This document shows positions 9,482 through 19,300 of a stretch of 20,736 nucleotides of DNA, one piece after another (within the stretch, counting starts at the first letter, position 1; each line of letters opens with the position of its first letter). The stretch comes from Candidatus Latescibacterota bacterium (GTDB lineage Bacteria > Latescibacterota > UBA2968), in the NCBI GenBank assembly GCA_038279365.1, contig JAYODI010000039.1:7920-28655 (forward strand), in the 5' to 3' direction. The position numbers and the translations under genes were made by a program. The notes under the pieces are model-generated. The model did no database searches, was not told the origin of the DNA, and saw nothing but the letters and a program-made list of their open reading frames with translations.

Positions 9482-10930
9482 GTGCCTTCATTAAACACAG
9501 CCCTCCAAATAGGACGTGGCGCCTTACGTGCCCAGCAAATAGGACTTAACACGGTTGGCAACAATATTGCCAATGTGAATACGCCGGGTTATTCACGTAA
9601 AAATGCCCTTTTGGCAGGTGATTCTACGACCATAAATGGTATGGGTGGTGGGGTACGTGTTGCGGCATTAACCAGTCAACGCGATCGTTTTTTAGACAGC
9701 CAATTGCGATATGAAGGTGGGGCGTTGGGGCGCCTGGAGACCAAAACACAATTGTTGGGTACGGTGGAGTCCATTTTTTCAGAATTGGCAGGTGGCGGTT
9801 CATCGGAAACCAGTGCCATTTTTAATCAGGCTTCAGGGTCGGCACTTAGTGGTGGGTTTAACCGATTTTTTAATGCTTTTCAAGATTTGGCAAATGATCC
9901 CCAAAGCACATCGGCCCGGGCTCAGGTGCGCGAAGAAGCGCGTTTTATCACTGAGCAGTTTCACCGTATGGATGACCAGTTGGCCAGTTTGCGGTCTGAT
10001 ATTGATACCGAATTGAAAACCACCATTGTTGAGGTGAATCGCTTAACGGGAGATATTGCCAAACTCAATGAGCGTATTTTGTCCTTACAAAAAAATCCAA
10101 CGGATTCAGTTGGTAACTTGGGCGATGAGCGTGATCGGTTGGTAGACGATTTGGCGCGTTTGATTGATGTGAGGGTAACTGAGCGATCAGATGGCACCCT
10201 AACGGTAACGGGGGCTGCTGGCGAAGGTGTGGTATTGGTGGAGGGGGGGCAGTCTAATCAATTGGGTACCCGAACGGTTGTTCGGAATGGCACCACTGTA
10301 TCGGATATTACATTTGCCGATTCGGGTGCAAATGTGGTGGTTGCTACAGGAAAATTAAGAGGTTTGTTGGATGTGCGAGATGGCAGCGTTCCAGACTATC
10401 AAGACACAATGGACCGACTGGCCATCCACTTTGTGGAACAGGTAAATGAGATTCATGGCGCAGGGTTTGGTTTGGATGGTTCGTCGGGTAATTTCTTTTT
10501 TGAACCCACTTTGGCCAATGCCCGTGAAATGCGTCTGTCGGCTGACATTGAAGCCGATTTGAATAAAATTGCAACGGCAGGGCCACAAGCAAATAATGCC
10601 AATCTCTCAGCAGGTGCAGGTGATGGCAGTGTGGCACAAAACATTGCCAATTTACAGCATGCCCGTTCTTTGAGTGGTGGCACACAGACGATAGAAGAAT
10701 ATTACAGCCAATTTGTGGGGCGAATTGGCGCTGAATCTCGAGAAGTAATTGCAGACATGGAAGCCCAAGGATTGGTGATGGAGCAGGTTTCCAATCGACG
10801 TGAAAATGTGCGTGGTGTTTCAATAAACGAAGAAGCCAGTAGTTTGATTTTATTTCAGCGGGCTTATCAGGCTGCTGCACGTATTGTATCTGTGGTTGAC
10901 GAGATGTTTCAAACGGCTTTAAATATGTAA
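9482..10930 (+). CDS. flgK: Flagellar hook-associated protein 1 FlgK
   Basis: LNTAL.....L.AQQ.GLNTVGNNIANVNTPGYSR; FFNAFQDLANDP; GVSINEEA..LI.FQRAYQAAARI.SVVDEM. GTG start after GAAAGG. Confidence 0.96.
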   Translation: MPSLNTALQIGRGALRAQQIGLNTVGNNIANVNTPGYSRKNALLAGDSTTINGMGGGVRVAALTSQRDRFLDSQLRYEGGALGRLETKTQLLGTVESIFSELAGGGSSETSAIFNQASGSALSGGFNRFFNAFQDLANDPQSTSARAQVREEARFITEQFHRMDDQLASLRSDIDTELKTTIVEVNRLTGDIAKLNERILSLQKNPTDSVGNLGDERDRLVDDLARLIDVRVTERSDGTLTVTGAAGEGVVLVEGGQSNQLGTRTVVRNGTTVSDITFADSGANVVVATGKLRGLLDVRDGSVPDYQDTMDRLAIHFVEQVNEIHGAGFGLDGSSGNFFFEPTLANAREMRLSADIEADLNKIATAGPQANNANLSAGAGDGSVAQNIANLQHARSLSGGTQTIEEYYSQFVGRIGAESREVIADMEAQGLVMEQVSNRRENVRGVSINEEASSLILFQRAYQAAARIVSVVDEMFQTALNM

Positions 10931-11011
10931 AATTTCAAATATTTATGTGTGTGTTGAACGCTTTTTTCTAATTATTTATCTGTTGGCACCACGCTGGGTT
11001 TGTTTCGGCTC

Positions 11012-11040
11012 TTGAATTAATTTATTATTATTCCTATAAT
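11012..11040 (+). promoter_or_regulatory. sigma70-type promoter upstream of flgL-fliW-csrA
   Basis: TTGAAT (11012-11017), 17-nt spacer, TATAAT (11035-11040), ending 21 nt before the flgL ATG. Confidence 0.7.
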
Positions 11041-11061
11041 TCGTAGAAGGATAGGTGCACT

Positions 11062-12261
11062 ATGCGTGTCGCAGATTCTGTATCTTCTGGCACAATTCGT
11101 TCAAATTTGACTCGGTCGTTTACGCGGCTTAATGTTTTGGAAACGCAATTGTCTTCAGGGACAATGATTCAAAACGCGTCAGATGATCCGCAAGGTGCTG
11201 CCAAATCGTTGATTTTGCGGTCTGAAATTCGCAATGCAGAGCAGTATCAACGCAATATCAATGATGGTCTGGGCGGTATGAATTATGTCGATTCCGTGCT
11301 CAATGATTTGGTTGCTGCATTAACAGAGGTTCGCGGCATTGCCATTCAGGGTGCCAGTGACACTGTCAATGCACAAGATCGCGAAATTTTGGCCAATCAG
11401 GTGAACGAGGTTTTGGAGTTTTCCCTGAGTTTAAGCCAAGCGCAATTTCGTGGCGAATTTGTTTTTTCTGGCACTGAAACGTCTGAGATACCTTACGAAG
11501 TGTCTCGTGACGCATCTGGGAAAATTGTTGATGTTGGGCCTTCATTGCGGCAAAGTGTCATATTTTCAGATCGTACAACCGCAGTGGGCACATTGCAAAG
11601 TTTGCCCACGCCCCCAGCTGGTAATGTGACCATTGGCGATCAGGTTGTTGCCATCGATTTGGCCACCGATTCCTTAGATGATATCAAGACCAAAATTGAA
11701 GCCGCAGCCCCAACAGGGGTGACCGTTACCATTGGTGAATCTGTGTTAAATGGGGCATCCACTTTTCGGTTAAAGATTAATGGTACTTCGGTTGTTGCCG
11801 ATGACAACAATGTGTTGGCGCGTTTGGGAATTGACAATATAGATACAACCAACGGTATATATCGCGCAGTGGATGACAATGTCAAAGTGCAAGTAAATGT
11901 GCCTGGGCGCGATATTTTTGAAGGGGCACAAAACCCATTTTCCGCTTTGATGAATTTGCGGGATGGGTTGATTAATAACGATAAAGAAGCGATTTATCAG
12001 TCGATTACAGATTTAGAAGCGGCCCGTGCGCGTGTATCTGATACGCGTGGTGTTTTGGGGGCACGAACAAACCGTGTCGAATTGGCTCGGGGGTTGTTGG
12101 AGCGCATCGAAGTAGATTTAACGGCGGCATTGTCTCAGGTTGAAGATATTGATTTGCCAGGTACGGTTATGAATTTGCAAATGGAGCAAAGTTCCTATCA
12201 GGCAGCGCTTATTGCAGGGCAATCTGTTAATCAACCCACACTGATAGAATTTCTTGGTTAA
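11062..12261 (+). CDS. flgL: Flagellar hook-associated protein 3 FlgL
   Basis: MRV N-terminus; QLSSG..I..ASDDP; AIQGASDT....DR..LA; FVFSGT; C-terminal GARTNRVE...LSQVEDID...YQAAL....PTLIEFL; follows flgK. Confidence 0.93.
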   Translation: MRVADSVSSGTIRSNLTRSFTRLNVLETQLSSGTMIQNASDDPQGAAKSLILRSEIRNAEQYQRNINDGLGGMNYVDSVLNDLVAALTEVRGIAIQGASDTVNAQDREILANQVNEVLEFSLSLSQAQFRGEFVFSGTETSEIPYEVSRDASGKIVDVGPSLRQSVIFSDRTTAVGTLQSLPTPPAGNVTIGDQVVAIDLATDSLDDIKTKIEAAAPTGVTVTIGESVLNGASTFRLKINGTSVVADDNNVLARLGIDNIDTTNGIYRAVDDNVKVQVNVPGRDIFEGAQNPFSALMNLRDGLINNDKEAIYQSITDLEAARARVSDTRGVLGARTNRVELARGLLERIEVDLTAALSQVEDIDLPGTVMNLQMEQSSYQAALIAGQSVNQPTLIEFLG

Positions 12262-12267
12262 TACCTA

Positions 12268-12303
12268 AAACGTTAAACCTGATGCGGTCGGGGTTTGATG
12301 TTT
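12268..12303 (+). other. G.U-rich RNA hairpin between flgL and fliW (possible attenuator or stability element)
   Basis: AAACGTTAAACCTGAT-gcg-GTCGGGGTTTGATGTTT pairs over about 16 bp on the + strand RNA using four G.U pairs and one bulge. Confidence 0.45.
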
Positions 12304-12343
12304 CTATTTGTTCCACAGGCCGTTTTTTTTAGGACCAGAATGC

Positions 12344-12796
12344 ATGGCTGAAGATGTCATTCGTTTCACACATGTTCGTTTTGGCGACCAGGTTGTCGCG
12401 CGTGATAAGGTGCTGACCTTTCCCGACGGTATTCCTGGGTTTGAAACGTATAAGTTATACGCGCTATTTGACGATCCTGATAGTGAACCTTTTCAATGGT
12501 TATTGTCTACAGATAATCCTCGGTTGGGATTTGTGGTGGTCAATCCATTGTATGTTTGGCCAGATTATGATCCTAAAATTTCGATTGATGATCTCAAAAC
12601 CTTGGGGGTCGAAAAAACTGAAGACATCCTTCTTTTTTGTATTGTGACCTTGGCCGATGACCCAGCTCAAGTAACGGTCAATTTAAGTGGCCCACTTGTG
12701 GTCAACGCGGTTAGGCGCAAAGCCAGGCAACTGGCTCTTCTCGACGATCGGTACGTCACCAAACACAAGATCCTGGAAGCAATTCAACAGGTGTAG
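12344..12796 (+). CDS. fliW: Flagellar assembly factor FliW (CsrA antagonist)
   Basis: RFG......VLTFPDGIPGFE; PFQWLLS.D.P.L.FVVVNP; TVNLSGPLVVN...RKARQ; adjacent to csrA. ATG 12344 after AGGA. Confidence 0.95.
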   Translation: MAEDVIRFTHVRFGDQVVARDKVLTFPDGIPGFETYKLYALFDDPDSEPFQWLLSTDNPRLGFVVVNPLYVWPDYDPKISIDDLKTLGVEKTEDILLFCIVTLADDPAQVTVNLSGPLVVNAVRRKARQLALLDDRYVTKHKILEAIQQV

Positions 12797-12814
12797 GATC
12801 AGGGAGCTTTATTC

Positions 12815-13063
12815 GTGCTCGTTTTAACACGGAAGTTAGGCGAGAGCATTGTTATCGGCAATAATGTGCGGGTAACTGTTCTTGAAATGCAAGGAAAGCA
12901 AATTCGCCTGGGTATTATGGCACCGCCAGAGGTGTCTGTACACCGCGGGGAAGTGTACGAGCGCATAGAGACAGAAAATCGACTGGCTGTAGAGACGGCA
13001 AATACCGATTTGAAGAGCTTGGCACAAGTTTGGAAACTGAAGGGTGGCCCCAAAAAACCTTAA
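12815..13063 (+). CDS. csrA: Carbon storage regulator CsrA (FliW-regulated type with C-terminal extension)
   Basis: MLVLTRKLGESIVIG...IRLGI.AP..V.VHR.EVY; Arg44 and Asn55 present with an extended C-terminal helix; GTG start after GGGAG. Confidence 0.97.
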   Translation: MLVLTRKLGESIVIGNNVRVTVLEMQGKQIRLGIMAPPEVSVHRGEVYERIETENRLAVETANTDLKSLAQVWKLKGGPKKP

Positions 13064-13079
13064 GCAATTAAGGTCTTTT
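13052..13079. terminator. Putative bidirectional terminator overlapping the csrA stop codon
   Basis: AAAAA-ACCTTAA-gcaa-TTAAGGT-CTTTT; 7-bp stem with T tracts on both strands, the better one on the minus strand; the stem is AT-rich and therefore weak. Confidence 0.45.
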
Positions 13080-13108
13080 ATTACCCCCATCTTCCTTAAA
13101 ATCATTCC

Positions 13109-13135
13109 TCCAGAGATTTTTCTTCCTGCCGATAT
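13109..13135 (+). promoter_or_regulatory. Possible sigma28 (FliA) promoter upstream of the giant glycosyltransferase gene
   Basis: TCCAG-N14-GCCGATAT: good -10 element (GCCGATAW), imperfect -35 (consensus TAAAG/TCAAG). Confidence 0.35.
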
Positions 13136-13315
13136 GTAAGAGCAGGGGATATTCATCCTCTTGCTATCCTTGTTACAAATTCCCAACCTACCCCTGTTGT
13201 ATCCTGAAAAAACAAAGAAAAACAAAGGCTGTTTTTATGGTTTTTCTTTTTGCTCCTCTCTCGTTTTTCCAATTATATACCTAATAATGACTTATGCACG
13301 AGGTGGTTTATGCAG

Positions 13316-16300
13316 ATGCGTCGCGTTTTGACGTTTAACTGGCACGATCCTTATCTCCACATGTTTGCCCAAACGGGTTTTGACATTTTGGTGGGGGATT
13401 GGATGCGCCGTGCCGATGGCACAACGGGGTGGGATTTACAAAAACGGCCATTGCCAGATAATTTGACTTTGCTCAAAAAGCAGTCGGAAGCGGTCAAGAT
13501 TTTAAAAACAGGCGCCTGTGATACAGTTATTTGTCATACGCTCCAAGATTTGGCATTTGTGGCCCCATTTGATGTGCCCACTGTGTATTTAACGCATAAT
13601 GCCCTTCAAAATGACGGTATGAACGATCGTGCAACCATGGTCAAATTGCAGCAAGAGGTCGGGTCGTTTCTCAAGGCTCGCAAAGGTGTTTTCGCTGCGA
13701 TTTCACCGATGAAGCGCACCAGCTGGGGGTTAGAAGGGTTTGTTGTGCGCCCAGGCATCAATCTCAATGATTATGGTGGTTATGTCGGAGATGTCGCACG
13801 GGCCCTTTCGGTGGGCAATTTGTTTGTTGAGCGCGATCACATGTTGGGTTTTCGATATTTGAAAGACATTTTAGAAAATGTACCACGGCTTTTGGTGGGT
13901 GAAAACCCCAAGCTGCCAGAAGCAAAAAAAGCAGAAAATTGGGAGACGCTCAAAAAGTATTTTCGCCAATGTCGGGTTTATGTGAATACCACGGTTGAAG
14001 AATTTGAAGATGGTTATAATTTGGGCATGTTGGAGGCCATGGCCACGGGCATGCCGGTTGTGTGTTTGGCCAATGGTTCATCCCCTATTGTTGATGGTGT
14101 GAATGGATATATCTCTGAGGATACGGGATATTTGCAAGACCGTGTGTTGACGTTGTTGAGTGATCAAGGTTTGGCCAAAAAGTTGGGTGACCAGGCTCGC
14201 GAAACGGTGTCAAAAGCCTTTTCGGTGAAAACATTTGTGGAAACATGGCAGGAAATTGTCGATGCGAGTATGTCGCATTTTAAAAATAAAACAGTGGTCT
14301 CACTGGCAGAGATGCCCCAGGGGAAAGCTGTAGGTTTGGCAACCCCCAAAGATGCCTTATTCCCGTATGAGTGGGAAGATGTTGTTCGGTTTTTGTCTGT
14401 GGATAATTTGGATGATATTACCGTGGCCAAATTGAAGTTGGATCGCATGGGGGCGGGGTATTTGTGCGATATATTTTTGGGCAACAAAAAGACAAAACAG
14501 ACCATGGCCTGGCAGGGCTTAGAAGTATTTGTTCAAGGTGCCATTCAAATCATATGGCCGGCCTATTTGGCACGTTTGGATAAGGGTATTCGGCAGGTGA
14601 TAGAAGGTGCCGTTCGGTCGTCTATAGAACAAGTTGAAACGGGTCAGATGGGTGATGCCCAATCAATTCATGTCAATTTGGGTGGGGGGGATGCGTTTGA
14701 ATTTCGTGTGGGAGAAGACCGTGTGACCCCAGGGGATGCGCGGTCAGATATCTACTTACATCATGCAAAACGATATACTTTTGCACGTCAATTTTGTGTA
14801 GGTAAATCGGTTGTGGATTTGGGTTCGGGTGCAGGGTATGGTGCTAAGATTTTGAAACGGGATGCGGCGCGGGTGGTTGGTTTAGATTTGGAAATTGACG
14901 CACAACGTTTTGGAAACCGTGTTTTTGGTGATGCCGATATCCACCGTTTGGTGGGAGATATCCGTGCGGTAGGATTAACCGGCAATCAATTTGATGTGGC
15001 CGTCTGCTTTGAGGCGATGGAACATGTGCGTGAACACGATGCGTTGTTGGGCGAAATTCGGAGATTGTTGAAGGCCGATGGCACATTGGTGATCAGTACG
15101 CCCAATAAGAAAATTTACGATTTGCCAGCCAATGCCAATGCGTATCACGTGGGCATGTTGGAATTGGATGAATTTGAGGATTTGTTAACGCGCTATTATG
15201 AAGATGTGGCGGTTTATGGTCAAATGCGCGCAACGGCCACACAACCCTTTTATGAAGCTTTTGATTTTCGCGATGGTGTCGATGATGGCGATGAGGTGTT
15301 TGTGGCCGTATGCAAAAAACCACGTGCCCAAGTATTGCTTCGCAAACAGAAAAAAGCACCGGCTATTCATGTTAGAAAAGGTGATGATAAAACTTCGAAG
15401 GGTGAGCGTCGTTTAAAAGTGTTGATCAGTCATGTGTCCAATCCCATTTCGATGGGCAGATATTATGTGGATGCATTTTCACAAGCACATGATGTAATGA
15501 CTTGTGGCCCCGTGATTGATGCCGAGGAACTCAAGCAATGGCGTGTGGCCGAAGAACAACACGCATTTAAGTCTATTGAGGCGGCTCAGGTTGAAAAATT
15601 GGATTTGATTGAACGCTTGGCCAGGCCTTGTGATATTCCCATGGCGCGTGGTCAGGTGGACATTGGACAGGTTTTGGATCAGTTGCCCAAAGGGTGGCGG
15701 CCCGATTTGATGATGTGGGTAGACAGTGCCACTGGCTTTTTGCCCATGGGGTTGGAAAAGTTGGATTGCCCCACGGTGTGCCTGTCGGTAGACACACACA
15801 CGGGGCAATTGGATTGGCGATTAAAATATGCCAAAATGTTTAGTCACACCTATTTGGTGCACAACCAGTTTATTGATGCATTTAAGGTGGCAGGTTGCCC
15901 TTTTGTCGGGTGGTTGCCATCGGCATGTGCACCCGATGTTCATGGTAAAATTGCGGCACATAAGTCGTATGATATCGGTTTTGTAGGACAAACTCATCGC
16001 CAATGGCACCCGCATCGGGTGCGTTTGTTGGAGCGATTGATCAAGGCCGGTTTTGATGTGCATATTGAAAGTAAAATTTTGCAAGAAATGGCTCTGTTTA
16101 ACAGCCGAAGCAAAATTGTGTTTAACCGCAGTTTGAATGGCGATTTGAATATGCGCGTGTTTGAGGCGTTGTGTTCGGGCAGTATGTTGTTGACCGACCG
16201 CTTAGAAGACAATGCCTTGTTGAACGATTTGTTTCAAGATCGCAAACATTTGGTTTTGTATGACGACAACAATTTGGAAGAATTGGTGCGCTATTATTTG

Positions 16301-19300
16301 GATCATGATCCTGAACGTGAATCGATTGCCACTGCAGGTCGAGAAGCCGTTTTGAGTGGGCATACCTATGCCCATCGAGCCGACCAGGTGATTGCTGAAG
16401 TCATTGCCACATCGGGCATCGCACGTTGTGTGTTGGATACAGAATTGAAACCGACGCCAATGGTATCTGCACCAAAAGGAATCGCGTCTTCTCAAAATAT
16501 GTTGACGGTTCCTCGAGGGGCAGGTGATGCCGAGTCGGCCATTGCCGAGTTGGTGGCCTATACGGGTGAGTCGCTTGAAGTTGTGAAGGCCAAATTGCCC
16601 ACTGCGGGTGAGGCTCTTACTGAAGAATGGCGTTCGGCAGAGCGCAAGAGTGAAACAGCTGTGGATGCATTTTATCAGGAAACGGAACATTTTATATATG
16701 ATCTCACGCATTTTAATTATGCCAATATGTATATGGGGTGGCGGGGAGCGGTGTACAATTTGTGTCAACAAGTCAGTGATGCCATGCCCGCTTTTGAGGT
16801 GTTGGACTATGGGGGGGGGATTGGTACATCTTTGTTGGAGTTGAGTGATTTGCCTGGTATTCATTTGACCTATGCCGACTTGCCGGGCAAAACCTATGAT
16901 TATGCCAACTGGCGTTTTCAACAGCGCGGTTTAAATGTGCGCTCGATAGCTTTGGGTGATGACGATCCTTTGGCAGGGCGCATGTTTGATGTGATTGTAT
17001 GTATGGAAGTGATCGAGCACTTGGTAGAGCCCGAGCAGGTGGTCAAATATTTAATTGATCACCTCAAACCGGGCGGCTTGCTGGTGTTGACTGTGACATT
17101 TTATGCACCCGAACCCGATATGATGCATTTGAATTTGGATCGTTATACCAATGAAGGGTTTTACCAGATTGTACAAAATATGGGCATGACGGAATTGACC
17201 AAATTTAGCCCAAGAATATTTAAAAAGGGAGGGCAGCAGTCAGCGGTCAGCAATCAGCAGGCAGATCACCAGCAAAAAACAATTGGAGATCCGAAGGCTG
17301 GGGAGAAGTTTAAGCAGCTGCTTCGCCAACAAAAAGGATCTGTAAGATTGAATTTGGGATGTGGGGAAGATCGTCGTGCGGGATATATCAATGTGGATGC
17401 GTATGTGCCAACGGCTGATTTGCAGATGGATATTTTTGATTTGCAAATGGATGATGGGGTGGTGGATGAAATTTTCTCATCTCATATGTTGGAACATTTG
17501 GGCAAATATGAAGTGCCCAAGGTTTTAAAAGAGTGGCACCGGGTGTTAAAACCGGGTGGTGTGCTGTGTTTAAATTTGCCCGATTTGGAATGGACGATGA
17601 CGCAGTGGTTACGCACCCCCGAAGAACATCGCTGGGGGTGGGCGTTGGATACCGTTTATGGTTTGCAAACCCATGGGGGGGAATATCACAAAACGGGCTT
17701 TACGGTTGCACGAGCAGAACAATTAATGGAACAAGCAGGTTTTGCACAGGTGAAGGTATCTTGGACGTGGTCACATGGATTGCGGTGTTTGTGGGTTGAA
17801 GCCATTCGGCCCAAAGCTGGGATGTTGCCAGGTGTGATCCGATCTGTGGATATGGCTCATTTTGAGCATCAATTTCCCGTGGAAATATCGGATTTGGTGC
17901 CGTATTCCAAGGCGGATGTTACAAGTTTCTTTGAACGTGAATGGCAAATGGGTTTTGTGAGTTTTGAAAAATTGCCGATGGATGGAGCCGATTTGACCTT
18001 GAATGTGGCAGTGGTTTCAAACGAACGGCAAATGGTGTTGCAGGGGATTCGCATATTTGGTTTACAACAAAATCCTTTTGTGATTTACCCTGCTTATTTA
18101 AAAGATTTGGCTCAAGATGTGCAACAACAACTTGGCAAAGCCATTGGGGATGCTTTAGGTGCAAAGTTGAAAGATCCCAACTACAAAGATGGCGCTTTTG
18201 TGATTGCTCGTTTTGGGCAACGAGGTGATTTGGGTTTGGAACAAACGGGGGAACGTGTGATTCCGGGCCTAACGGATTATTCGCTCTACATTCCCCATAT
18301 GAAACGCTATTTGTTGGCCGAAACTTTTGCCAAGGGCGCTCGCGTTTTGGATGCCGGATGTGGGACAGGGTATGGTTCAAAGCGGTTGGCTCAGGTGGCT
18401 GCGCATGTGGATGCGGTTGATTTGGATGCAGAGACCATTGCGTTTGCCAAACGCACCTATGTTGATGATCGCGTGATATGGTCTGTGGGCGATGTGCGTT
18501 CATTGGATGTGGATGCGGGCGTTTATGATTTGGTGACATCATTTGAAGTGATCGAGCATTTGAACGATGGAGATATTGCGAACTATCTGAAAGGATTGCA
18601 CCAAGCACTAAAGGTTGGTGGGGTGGCATTGATTTCGACGCCCAATAAAAAAGTCGCGGCCAAGTGGCAGAACCCGCATCACAAACATGAGATGACATTG
18701 GAAGAATTTCATTCTCGTCTTAAAGAGGTTTTTGGAGAAGTAACTTTACTTGGGCAAACCGAGTGGTCGAACAACACCGAAGTGTCGGGGCAATGTGCTA
18801 TTTCGGGGCGGGTCAGTGATGCGGATGATATGTATATTGCCGTTTGCAAAAAACGCGAAGTACATCGTGCAATGGGGGATGGTTTTCACCCAAAGGTGAG
18901 CATTGTGATGCCATTATTTAACAAAGCCGATTATACAAAGGCTTGTTTGGAAGGCTTGGAAAAAACACGTGCCGATGTGCCTTTTGAGGTGGTTTTGGTA
19001 GACAATGGTTCCAGTGATGCTACGGGCAAACTGTTGGAAGGTGTTACCGACAAGGCGGGTTATTGTGTGATTCGCAATGGAGAAAACTTGGGTTTCTCAC
19101 GCGGAAATAATGTGGGTGCACAACGGGCTTTGGGTGAATACATCTTGTTTTTGAATAATGATACGGTGCCTCATGTGGGGTGGTTGGAGGCGATGGTTGC
19201 CGAGTTAGATGATGATTCATCTGTTGGCATTGTGGGGGCCAAGTTGTTATACCCCGATACGGGCAAAATTCAACATGCGGGTTTGGAAATGATCAATGGC

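Larger units (their letters stand above)
13052..13265 (-). ncRNA. Candidate CsrB/RsmZ-like GGA-rich small RNA convergent with csrA
   Basis: The minus strand carries 8 GGA motifs in 13091-13206 plus one near 13255, versus one on the plus strand of 13091-13206. A TATAAT lies upstream (13277-13272) and a hairpin with U tract downstream. Inference only. Confidence 0.3.

Noticed and set aside
10984..10999. sigma54 promoter before flgL (TGGCAC…)
   Set aside because: The -12 TTGC element is absent (TGGCACCACGCTGGGT).
11062..12261. Possible flagellin (fliC)
   Set aside because: The position after flgK, the FVFSGT motif and the YQAAL…PTLIEFL C-terminus indicate FlgL.
12836..13225. 129-aa minus-strand ORF overlapping csrA
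   Set aside because: Overlaps csrA antisense, has no clear RBS or recognisable domain, and crosses a terminator-like hairpin.
13214..13249. 10-bp inverted repeat AAAGAAAAAC/GTTTTTCTTT
   Set aside because: Low-complexity A/T sequence that cannot be distinguished from chance.
16202..16921. 239-aa minus-strand ORF
   Set aside because: Antisense shadow of the giant GT/MTase ORF with no recognisable motifs.
17919..18698. 259-aa minus-strand ORF
   Set aside because: Pro/His/Gln-rich antisense shadow of a well-supported coding region.
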